This document shows, piece after piece, positions 49,911-61,200 of a stretch of DNA of 64,000 nt. Within the stretch, counting starts at the first letter, position 1; the number at the start of each line of letters is the position of its first letter. The DNA comes from Bugula neritina (lineage: Eukaryota > Animalia > Bryozoa). The stretch lies in contig OZ037765.1 of the NCBI GenBank assembly GCA_964035545.1, positions 34,533,504-34,597,503 on the forward strand. The letters are read 5' to 3'. The notes below the pieces were generated by a model. That model had not been told where the DNA came from, did no database searches, and saw nothing but the letters and a program-made list of their open reading frames with translations. The translations under genes and the position numbers were made by a program.

Positions 49911-50988
49911 CTAGAGTCCTTGTTGGGCACGCCGGTGCTTGGCTTGGCATGTACGCAGTTTCCGTTTCATACGGCATACGGATCCCTTTAGCTGGAAGAG
50001 TCCTGTTGTAGTGTTAAGTAGATCTGGTGCCAGCTGGGTGAATTCTTCTTGCAATCGCAGGAGGCGTTCTTCTACTGTGGCCAGGCGGACTGGGTCTGGG
50101 GACGGTGTCCGTCTGCGGCGCATGGGGGGACTGGGGGACCTGGTTCGTCTCTTCGTCGGGGTAGGGGAGATCTCTCCTTCTTCTGGATATGTAAACTCCT
50201 CGGGGGTGTATGTAATCTGAAGGCGGTCAGACACCAACGGGGATTGTTGGCGGGTGTTGTCTAATACACGTTGGAACCCCGAGGTCAGAACGGCTAACAG
50301 CATTGCCTTCTTCACCAGGGGTCGTATAAGTGTAAGGAACTCCGGGTAGAGCTTAGCGTCGACCACGTAGTTTTCTCCAAGGAAACAGCCCGTCGCTCGA
50401 TGTCTGGTGACGGGGTAGGGATAAACATCGTTGTACCCGCAGGGGCAGAATGTTAGTAGGAGATGAGCATTGACGTGTAGTTTCAGGGAGCGGTGAGAGG
50501 CGCATTCTTCACCACAAATCTGGCATCTCGTCCGTCCTCTGGACCCCCAGGCCGTTTCTATTTCTTCCTCTGTTTGTGGAGACACCCACCGCCAACGGCG
50601 GCATAGTGGCTCAGGCCGGTCACCACTAGCATACTCCTCCGGATGCGGAGCGGGAAGTGTTCTATCCCGTACCCTGGTTGTAGCGGGTCGAGTGTAATCT
50701 GAAAAAGTTTCAACAGTGTTAATACAGTACACTGCCGTGTTGTCAGCTTGAATAGCTTGGCAACTCCTAATTCAGTTACCTCGTAGAGATTTGTGGTAGT
50801 GAATAGTCAGATAGAACACGTATTGCAATGAGATTATAAAAATCTCTAAGTCAAACTGAGTTCTTACTACGGTATTTCACTAACCTATCTCCAGCTCGAT
50901 TGACTCAGTGAGTCGGAGCTGAGCGATGCAATCTAGTTTCGTATTAAGATATAGTTAACTCACCCCACGATCTGTTGTTGTAAGACAT
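49911..50988 (-). CDS. Spliced ORF3 of G4, intact, 270 aa (exon1 50988-50964, exon2 50698-49911): zinc finger + basic motif + coiled coil
   Basis: MSYNNRSW G|GTGAGT .. TTTTTCAG|AT; CQICGEECASHRSLKLHVNAH, CPCG..RH; RRTRSPSPPMRRRRTPSP; heptad C-terminus. Confidence 0.85.
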
Positions 50989-51012
50989 ACTGAATGTGTG
51001 AAATGGTTTGAA

Positions 51013-54000
51013 CTACTGCTTAGAAACACGTCTACTCCTGACTGCATCAGCGTATGAAAAGATCGAGCAACGTGGTTGGGGTGCGTGATTAAGACTTTGT
51101 GCACCCGGCGGATGAATTTTGTTTCTATTTCCGCCGATACAAAAGTTGATATTTCCGTGGTGTTGACAACTCCCACATTTGCTCGATACTTTTCTCGTAC
51201 GGTTTTCCCCTAGACTTTCATACACGCCGCTTCTAACGCAGTCGCATATGAAGTCCTTCAAGTATGCGGGGGGTTGCCTCGTACGCTGTCCCCTTTCTAG
51301 GGGGGGTGACACGCTTGCCGGTTCGTTAGTAGGGGCCTCTAATGGCGTCTCTACTTCACCGTTAGCGGTCACCTCTTCTTGTTCTCCGGATGGAGCCCCT
51401 CCCTCCGTGGGGGTTTGCACTTCCGGAACCGGTTCGGTTTCTGGAAGTGATGGAATTAGACTTGGCGGTGGTGGACACGCTTCTGTTGACAAAAGCTGCC
51501 GCTCCTCTCTCACCAAGTTTTCTTCCCGCGGTATGACCACTTCGTATTCAGGTCCATGCCGCCGTCGCCCGCGCGTTGTTGTCTGCCTCCTGGGCTCTAA
51601 CAACGGGGGGGGGCTTCTCCCACTCCGTCGGGGCTAGCCCAATACGGTTTCAAGCGAGACTCATTCTGGATAGACACCTGTCCTGAGCGCTCAATCTTGT
51701 ACGTATGGTTGGGCATAGCCTCGACGACCACGTAGGGGCCTACGAACTTAGGCTTCAGTTTATCAGCCTGTCCGCGACGCCTACGGTAATTGACCATCCA
51801 CACCTTATCTCCCGTTTGATAGAGAGGTGGTTCATCGGAATCTTCGTGCCGCACCTTCCACTGCTGTTGGCGCAGTATATCGTGCGCGGCCTTCATCCGT
51901 TCCACTAGTTCACTGGCATACCCGTGAACCGAGTTGTCTTGCTCTGGAACGTGATAGGTGAGATGGTCAGGGACACGAGTCTCTCTCCCGAGCATCAAGA
52001 GGTTTGGGGTCTCACCAGTATTGGTGTGTGGGGTGCTACGGTATGCACGCATGACTTGCGGCAACACCGTATCCCATTCCTCTTGACTTCGTCCAAGGAG
52101 GAGACTCCGGAGTGCATCACCTAGCATCCGGTTGTTGCGCTCCACCACCCCGTTACCTTGAGGGTGGTAGGGGGTGGTCCTGCTCTGATTTACTCCCCAG
52201 AGGTGGCAAAGGTCGCTCATCAGTTGAGACTGGAATTGAGCGCCTTGATCAGAGTGTATCTGTTCGGGGAGCCCAAAATAACAGAATACATGTTGGTCTA
52301 GTGCCCTGGCCACTGTTGGGCTGACGCATCTGGGATAGCCAGAGCATCCGCCCACCTAGTAAAGTGGTCGGTTAGTACTAGGATCCAATTTTTGCCTCTG
52401 GGGGTCAGGGGCATGGGTCCGACCAGGTCTACAGCGACTACTTGCCAGGGCCTACCAGCATATAGCCTCCGCCGTCCTGCTTCACCAGGGGGGCGGCTAT
52501 GCTTACTGGCCTGGCAGATCTCACACTGTTTGACTCTGAGCCGGACGTCACGCTCCATTTGTGGCCAATACCACCGGAGTCGTAATTTGGACATCATTCT
52601 CTTGACCCCTGCGTGGGCCTGTTTGTGAGTATCCCAAATCAACTCACGGCAGATGGCCGTGGGGCAGACTACCCTCTTCCTTTCCGGGTGTCTGCCGCTG
52701 GCAGCTAGAGAGATCGTTAGTAACCCATCCTGCCCGATCCGCAGCGAGTCCCAACGCTGACAGTATAGCCGGAACTCGGCGCATCCCTGTCGTATGCGTT
52801 CCTCGCTGGGTCGTCGCCCTTCCCTTTTGGCCCGGTATATGTCTGCCACGACTCCAGGCAGCTCTTTTTGGAGCTTCTTCAGCTCTCGAACATTACCGGC
52901 CAGTACAGGGTTGGCGCGGAGGTTTTGTACACCCTCCGGGGACTCATCAACTCCTTGCCTGAGTTGACCCTGGTCCCAGTCAAACGGTGCTCCGTGGTGA
53001 GCCAGCGTCTCCAACTCGCATCGCGGGGGACCTCCATCCCTCCTCTCGATGTTGAGACACTGTTTGCAACCTCCGTCAGGTCGGCGGCTCAACCCATCCG
53101 CATTGCTGTGTCTTTTGCCCCGTCGATGTTCGATCCGGTATGATAATTCAGCTAGGATTTCGAGCCACCGGGCGACCTGACTAGAGGGCTCTGCTCTCTT
53201 GCACAACCAGATCAGCGAGGCATGATCCGTACACAGCCGGAACTTCCTGCCATATAGGTATGGTCTGAAGTGCTTCACTGACTTGATTACTGCCAGCAGC
53301 TCCTTGCGGGTAGTGCAGTAGTTTCGTTCAGTGGGTGAGAGAGACTTGCTGTAGTAGGCTACTACTACTTCTCGGCCTTCCTGCACTTGCGACAGCACAG
53401 CGCCAACATTTTGGTTACTGGCGTCGGTGTCGAGGATGTACTCCAGAGTGGGGTCTGGGTAGGCCAAGATGGGCGCCGTTAGTAGGCAGCCCTTGAGGCG
53501 GTCGAACGCTTCTTGTTCGACTGGGGTCCACTGCCACGTCACTCCCTTTGCGGTGAGCCGGTTTAACGGCTGTGCTATGCCCGCAAAGTCTGGTATGTAT
53601 TGTCTGTAATACCCTACCAGCCCCAAGAAAGCCCGGAGTCCGGTCAAGTCTTGGGGGTGACCCAGTCTTCTATTGCCCGTACCTTCTCGGGATCCGTTGC
53701 CACGCCGTTTCGACCGACAACGTGCCCCAGGTACTTAACCTCTGGCTGCAATAGAGCGCACTTAGAAGGCTTGAGCTTAAGACCGGCACCTCGGAGTCTC
53801 TCAAAGACCTCCTGCAGACGACTGACATGTGTCTCGAAGTCTGGGGAGATCACGATGACATCATCGAAGTAGATCAGCAGTGTCTTCCAATGGAGCCCGC
53901 TGAGGACTTGCTCCATCAGCCTCTGGAAGGTGGCTGGGGCGGAGGTCAACCCGAAAGGCAGCACCTTCCACTTCCACAACCCGTCCCGTGTGATGAACGC

Positions 54001-55583
54001 CGCTTTCTCTTGGGCGTCGGGACTCAGAGGAACTTGCCAATAGCCGCTTAGCAAGTCTAACGTACTGAAGTACTTGCTGCCGGCCAGGGCGTCCAATGAC
54101 TCGTCAATACGAGGTAGAGGGTAGGCGTCCTGTATGGTTACGCTATTGAGTTTGCGGTAATCCACACAGAACCGCCAACTGCCATCTTTCTTCCGGACCA
54201 GTACGACTGGCGAGCTCCACGCACTATGGGCGGGCTCTATCAGTCCCCGGTCCAGAAGATCCCGTACTTGTCGGCTAACCTCCTTCTCTTTCTCCGGCCC
54301 CAGCCTGCGTGTGGGCTGCCGGACAGGGACTGTCCCTGCAGTCAGCGGTATTTCGTGTCTGACAATTCCAGTCAGTCCCACGTCATGCTCTCCGCTGCTG
54401 AACACATCACCGTAGTCGCGTAGTAACTTAGCCATAACTTGGCGTTCTCTGTTACTCGCGCAGCCGCTACAGGCTGTGTCATACAACTCCCGGAGATGTG
54501 CGGGGACTGCCCCTCGCCCTTGAGTAGGGCACTGAGGGAGTGCCTCTGTCGCATCACCCAGCGACGGGCCTACGTCTTCCTCCTGAACAGAGTGAAAACG
54601 GCCCAGCATCGACCCAGCCGGGAGCTTGATAGACTCGGTATAGGGGTTGACGCACTGCACTAAGATCTCCCCTTGCTCAGTCAGCTGATTCAGACTGCTG
54701 GCAAGTTGGATCTTTTCGTGCGCGCCTTCAACTACCCCGAGTCCAGAGATCCGGCTATTATTCACCCTGCAGTGAATGGTAGCCCGGGAGCGGCCTGGTA
54801 TGATACGGTTGCGTACTATTTGCACACCTCCCACTAAAGGGCGGCCGAACTTGTCGACGCAGGCGAGTTCCCGCCCGGACATCATCATTGCAGATTTGCT
54901 AAAATCTATGTGACATCCGTGCCGTTTTAGGAACGGCATCCCGAGGATGGCATCCTCCTTGAGCTGACTGACGATGAACATCTCTTGGATCGTTTGATCA
55001 CGGACTCGTCCCGTCAGCTCAATTATACCATAGAAGGGAAGGCACGACCCGTCAGCTAGGGTGCCGTACTCCCCTTCGTATGATTCCATCTCGCCCCTGA
55101 CCCTAGCACTGAGGGTGTCGAAGAGTTGGCGGCTTAAGAGGTTCGTGGTACAGCCCGAATCAATGAGGAAAGTAACAGCTTTGCCTTCCAGTTTACCGGG
55201 CAAAAAATAGCTGTTCCCATGGGGCTGCACCTGAACTCTCTCTTCAGGCCTTACTCTCGCAGGGAGTACCTCCTTCGCTTTGGGTCGCGAAGTAGGTCTC
55301 TTGGGGCGGTGGTAGGTAGGCCTCGGGGGTGCCGAGGCTAGATTCCCGGCTACCTTTGTGGGCTCCCATCCAGATTCTTGGGCTTGTAGCCCTGCGAATC
55401 TGTTGTGAAGGGGCATAGAAAAGGCAGCCGCGGGGCGAAGCCCCTTGCTGGTCCGTCGTGGTTGTTGCCACTGTTGGTTGCCAGTACGCGGTACCCGTCT
55501 GGGTGACCTGCGTTTCTTCTTTCCTGGGGTTTCATCGTCGGCCCGCAGGAGGTGGGAACATCTGCGGGCCGCGGTAGTTTAAC
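51013..55583 (-). pseudogene. pol of G4 (PR, RT, RNase H, integrase) with frameshifts
   Basis: FLIDSG, YFDD, TDAS, HHCC and DDE integrase in ORFs 53644..55416, 52298..53647, 51597..52355, 51013..51603. Confidence 0.92.
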
Positions 55584-56485
55584 CCCTGATTTAGGAAGGG
55601 ACAGTATCGGCGGAAATGCCCTTGATTTCCGCACTCCCAGCAAAAGCTGACTGTTTCTCCCTGTGGCGGCGCCGGTGGCCGCATGGGCTCAGGGGCGGTA
55701 CTCACTGGGGTTTGTGGTGTCAGTGTTGCTATCAGCTTGGCTAGCATGTCTGTCAGTTGAGTGACTTTCAATGCCGTCGCCAACTGGGACACGGCAGCCG
55801 CGGCGGGGGTTTCCTCCCCTTGTCCCGCGGCCGTGTCTGCGCGGTCTATCTCCACTTGACGGGAGCTTCCGCGACTTTTATGCATTTGATTAGCTAGGAG
55901 GTAAGCTTCCCCCTCAGTCAGAGCATCTTCAACGGTGGTGACTCCCCTAGCTAGAAACTGGTGGTGGAGACCCAGATCGTCGACAGATGCTATGAAAGCG
56001 TCGAGGGTATACCTCTCGCGGTTGACTGGGGGCAAGTCGCTGTACGCGATCTGTGCCAGCTTCATGACCGCGGCGGCGTGCTCCCGCAGCGGGGTGCGGG
56101 GATCACGCCGCAACCTCTGCAATCGGGCCCTGGCATCTGTAGCAGAGAGGCCGAAGCGGGCCCGCAGAGAAGCAAAGATATTATCAATGTCTACGCCCAG
56201 CCCATAAGGCTTGGCTTTGTCCATCAATGCCATTCTAAGCTTCAGCAAGGCCACCCTAGGGGGCCACTGGGCGACGTCCATTACGTCGCTAAACTCTTGG
56301 ATAAATTGTTCCACCTCCTCTTCACCCGTGAAGGTGGGCGCCTTTAACCGGTAGCGGTCTTCAGTTAGTTCTCGCGGAACCCTTCGCTCTTCTACTACAT
56401 GGTTAACAGGCATTGTCTCTACAGCATTGTCTCTACGCTCACCTTCTACTGCCGGTGGTTGAGTTCCAGCATTCTCAGTCTCCAT
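55532..56485 (-). CDS. gag: gag of G4
   Basis: 317-aa ORF with CWECGNQGHFRRYC knuckle, directly after the PBS. Confidence 0.92.
   Translation of the reverse strand: METENAGTQPPAVEGERRDNAVETMPVNHVVEERRVPRELTEDRYRLKAPTFTGEEEVEQFIQEFSDVMDVAQWPPRVALLKLRMALMDKAKPYGLGVDIDNIFASLRARFGLSATDARARLQRLRRDPRTPLREHAAAVMKLAQIAYSDLPPVNRERYTLDAFIASVDDLGLHHQFLARGVTTVEDALTEGEAYLLANQMHKSRGSSRQVEIDRADTAAGQGEETPAAAAVSQLATALKVTQLTDMLAKLIATLTPQTPVSTAPEPMRPPAPPQGETVSFCWECGNQGHFRRYCPFLNQGLNYRGPQMFPPPAGRR
55539..55583 (-). promoter_or_regulatory. -1 ribosomal frameshift signal (gag/pol)
   Basis: G TTA AAC + 5 nt + 10-bp stem CGGCCCGCAG/CTGCGGGCCG; the -1 frame is open (ORF 55350..55643). Confidence 0.75.
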
Positions 56486-58219
56486 CTTGGATGCACTATC
56501 CCACCGCTGCCACCACTGTTATGTTTTTCAGATTTAGGGTTGATATGCTATCCAGAGAGCCTACTTATTTGCTATAGAACTGCACCAGGATAAGTCGAGT
56601 GAACGAGTATATTTTACACACAATTATACATTATAAAAACGATACAATACATCCAGACAAGTTATACATCTAATCTATTTGACACTCTAGCTTCGACTGA
56701 CTTAGCAGCGGGAAACTATAATTGCTGCTAACTATCAAATACGCTAATTGGCTATCCATTGTTCCGGGTCGATTACGCGACCCTACATGTTGTGCTGCTG
56801 GTAGTTCCACGAACCACCACACCATGATAATTTCTATAAAAAAACGTACTTCCGCCATGAAAACTGCTTGAAATAATTTTAAGATGCTGCTGACTAGCAA
56901 AATAATATGCTTCCTATAAATTTGCTTATTTTAACTAATTAATATTTATTATTATCAATATTACTAAAATATTGACTATTTAATTTAGTTACAATGCCGT
57001 AATGTTTGCCATGTGCATTATGCCCGCGCTTTTTGCTTTTTTTCAATAAAAGCTTATTCACACGATCAACGAATTGGACAAATAGCGGACCAAAATGGCA
57101 CGACGAATACAAATTTTGTTAGTTTTGGATCACGTGATCGGACAATTGCGTCAATTGCGCCAAACTAGCGTTCTTTGATTGGTCTGACAGCAGAAAAGTT
57201 TGTTCGTTTTGGACCACGTGATCGACTTTTCACAGTTTCGTTGGAACCTGACCCAGCTAGGTTTCAGCTGACGAATTTTATCTGATCGCACATCATTGGC
57301 TTATTTAAAAAAGCAAAAAGCGCGGGCATAATGCACATGGCAAACATTGCGGCATTGTAACTAAACTAAATAATCAATATTTTAGTAATATTAATAATAA
57401 TAATTGCTAATTAATTAAAATGAGCAAATTTGTAGGAAGCATATTATTTTGCTAGTCAGCAGCATTTTAAAATTATTTCAAGCAGTTTTCATGACGGAAG
57501 TACGTTTTTTTTTTATAGAAATCATCATAGCTTGACCAGCTGCACTGTATCAGTATGATCTTTGTGATCCTGAATACAAAGATGCACGTAGGCAACTGAG
57601 TTGATGTGCACAATGAGTAGCAGTGACTTGAAAAAAGTTAAAATGTAGTTAAATTGAAACTGATGCAACTGAATCATTTCACCTAAAGTAGACACTACCA
57701 ACTTCTATTATATTTCATAATTGTTCCAGCTAAAAAGTCTTAGCTATAGTTTTTTCATAGAGAAACTACTATAAAACAGGTCATTCTAATTTCTTATTTA
57801 GCAACAACAAAATTATAAATAGAATAAGTAATGAAAGGCTATGAAAAAATAAATAATCAGTTTGAGTTTGATATAAAAACACGAACATGGTGATGGTATT
57901 GCAGTTTCACGTGTCATTTTTATTTCCTTCTAACAGTCCAACTTTTGTTGAACATAAATCTACTAAATTTTTAGCTTTTGTTTAGCTAGTAAATTTTAAA
58001 TTTGTCATCATTTAAATGTTTCATAGTTGATAATAATTATTTTATTGACGCAAAATTTTTAGCTGTTTATCGTTAAATTTAACTAGTAACAACTTTACTA
58101 GTAAAAGCACTGTTGCTAAGCAACTATACACTACTATTGCGACAAAGAGGTGCGATGTTTGTTAGTTGGGCATTCGTCGGACCCAACGAACATAAAAACG
58201 TCGTGTGTGAATAAGCTAT

Positions 58220-61200
58220 TGAAACATTAAGTATAGTGAGTATATAATTACCTGAGAGTTACTCGAAGTATATAGGCATGACACTGAAGTATCGAAAGAA
58301 CAATAAAGTGGGGTCTGGCCGGCCAGGGGAAATACAAGGACCAAACGTATAGTACTGATTTATAATTAATTTATCACAAAGTCTATCGGCGTGTTTATCT
58401 ACTGTAGGCTGACATCTTTCATCTCGTAGTCTCTCGTTCGTCCTTGACCCAATATGTATTTTAATAAACAAATGCACATGACATTATAACGTAGCATCTC
58501 GCTAGTCCGTAATTAGTGATAAACAAAAGACACATAATAATATAACATCTCCCTTCTTAAGCAGGTGACTTCCTTCTATAACATTGTGATTAAGGTTGCT
58601 GAGATTAATAATATGATACAAGTATACATGATTAATATGGATTGGGGATTAACAATGAAACTAAATAACTATGTACAGGGTGGGAAACGGCTAATAGCTT
58701 ATCCCATGTGGAAGTCCTTGTATTTAGCGGGGAGGACTCCACGGTTGCTTCTGGGTTGACGCTCTGGTGGTGGTGCCGCGTTCCTGAGAGGTGTTGCAGG
58801 CAGGGCAGGCATGTGGGGGGATTCATTAGGAGCATCCCCAACATCAGTATCAGCAGCATCAGCGACACTAAGGGTCTGTGTGTTATCTGGTTTGAGGTGA
58901 ACACGATTCCTACGCACTATAGACTGACCGTTGTCAACCAAGTAGGATCTGGGGGAGTTATGCTGTTCGACAATCATTCCTGGCGACCATTCTTTGTCAG
59001 TGCTTGACCTGATTAGTGCAGGAGTCCCAGGTTCCAGATCAGCCAACGGCCGTGCATGGCGGTCATGGTACTTCTTCTGCAAGTTTTGGTTGGCTATTAG
59101 CTGTTGGCTAGCCTCAATAACAACTGGTTTAAGCGACTCGGCAGTGATTGGCAAATCACTTCTTAGGGCTCTGTTGAACAGAAGCTCAGCTGGACTGAAA
59201 GCACAGCCAGTGATAGGAGATTGCCTGTATCTGAGTAGTGACCTGTATATATCCTCTCTTTCATCCTCACATTTTTTTAGAAAGGCTTTCATCGTTTGCA
59301 CATAACGCTCAGCCATTCCATTGGACTTAGGGTAGTGCGGACTAGATGTCACAATGGTGAAGCACCAGCTTGATGCAAAAGTCTGCATGACTCTACTGCT
59401 GAAAGGCATGTTGTCCGCCAGAATGGACACTGGTACCCCGTGTACAGCAAATATGGATTTCAATGCCAAAACCACGTCTTCAGCAGTCTTTCTCCTGAGT
59501 AATCTCAGCTCGGGGAAGTGAGAGTAACAGTCCACAACTACCAACTACCAAGTAATCATTATTCTTATAGGACAGTATATCCATAGCCACTTTATTTCAT
59601 GGTAGACTTGGCAGCTCATGAGACATTAACGGCTCTTTCTGTTGACGGTTGGAAAACTTAGCGCAGGTGAGGCAACTTGACACTTCATTCCGTATATCAG
59701 TAGATAGCCCAGGCCAATAGAATGATTTCCTCGCAAGCTCTCTGCATTTCTCAACGCCCAGGTGGCCCATGTGTAGCGACTTTAGAATGTGCTTCCTCTG
59801 TGACTTCCGAACTATAAGCCGCTCTTCAACGTAAAGAAATCCATCCACATCATAGATGTCAGATCTAACATTCCAGTAGGGTTGGATTTCTGTGGGGGCC
59901 TGACTCCGTCTACTCCATGACCAACCATCTTGCAGTGCTTTTTTCAGACTGTCCAGTGTCGGGTCTTCAGCATATGACTGTCTCATCTCATTCATGGTGC
60001 TATCATCGGTTTCTAAGTCATGAACCATCACAACTTCACCTTCGAGATCACACTGATCATTTGTAACGCGCTGAAGGTAGGCTCGGGATAGTGTGTCAGC
60101 AATATATAAATACTTGCCCGGAACATATGTGAACTCAGCTATCCGGTATCTTTGTAGTCGCAGAAGTAGTCTTTGCAGCCTTGGGATGCCTTGTGCAACG
60201 ACTTGTTCATTATCGGGACGAGAGGTTTATGATCCGTCTGTATGTGAACAGCACGTCCATAGAGGTAGCTGTGAAAGCGCTCACAGCCGAACACAACTGC
60301 TAGCAGCTCCTTATCTATTTGGGGATAGTTGCACTCAGTCTCAGTTAAGCTGCGTGAAGCGTATGCAACAGGTTTACCTTCCTGTAGTAACACTGCACCA
60401 AGTCCCGACTTTGAAGCGTCAACTTGTAAATGCGCATCCTTGGTAACATCAAAATACTGCAAGACAGGTTCGGATGTAAGCAAGCATTTAATTACCTGGA
60501 AGCTTTCCATTTGTTCTTTGGACCACACCCACTGACTATCACTCTTCAGTAGCACTCTCAAGGGCTCAGTACAGGCTGACATGTTGGGTATGTAGGCTCT
60601 TAGAAAATTGAGAGTACCAATCAGTCTTTGTACTCCCTCTCGGTCTGTTGGGTCAGGCATGGCCTCAATAGCAGCTATCTTGTCTGGGTCAGGACGCAGA
60701 CCATCTTTCGATACTATATGGCCTAAATAGCGTACCTCCGTCTGATTCAACTGAATCTTCTTGCGATTAAACTTCACATTAGCCTCTTTGGCCTTTACCA
60801 ATAGCTTTCTCAGATTGGCATCATGTTCCTGTTGTGTCTTTCCAGCTACAATGATGTCATCAAAATACACTGAGACACCAGGCAAGTCTCCAAATATTTG
60901 CTCCACCTTCTTCTCAAAGACTTCAGCACTTGAGTGAAGACCAAATGGAAGTCTATCAAAACAGTAGCGACCATATGGGGTGTTGAACGTTGTGAGCAGA
61001 CTACTCTCTTTGGTCAAGGCTACATGCCAGTATCCATGTTTCATGTCCATGATGGTGTAGTATTGCATACCATTGAATCTGAAGGCAATGTCTTCTAATG
61101 TGGGTATCTTGTGATGTTCTCGTCTCACTGCTCTGTTCAGGTCCTTGGGGTCTAGGCATATACGAACCGACCCATCTTTCTTTTCAACGCATACCATACT

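Larger units (their letters stand above)
49321..56821 (-). mobile_element. Ty3/Gypsy element G4, full length, young
   Basis: 305-bp LTRs 49321-49625 and 56517-56821 (about 2 differences); TSD CTAT/CCAT; PBS 56498-56515; intact gag; pol split by a few frameshifts. Confidence 0.97.
47390..58216. mobile_element. Foldback/long-TIR non-autonomous DNA element (~0.9-kb arms, ~250-bp spacer ~57045-57300) carrying three nested LTR insertions in its left arm
   Basis: Ends GCTTATTCACACACGACG / CGTCGTGTGTGAATAAGC flanked by TA; segments 47390-47649, 48208-48287, 48960-49320 and 56822-57045 are the reverse complement of 57300-58216. Confidence 0.85.

Noticed and set aside
50955-51176. MGVVNTT.. ORF conserved in G1 and G4
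   Set aside because: Alternative frame of the conserved integrase tail, GTG start, and its phase at the donor does not join ORF3; the MSY.. mini-exon does
58259-58477. Identical 72-aa ORFs at 58259 and 62767
   Set aside because: Both lie within the two LTRs of G5
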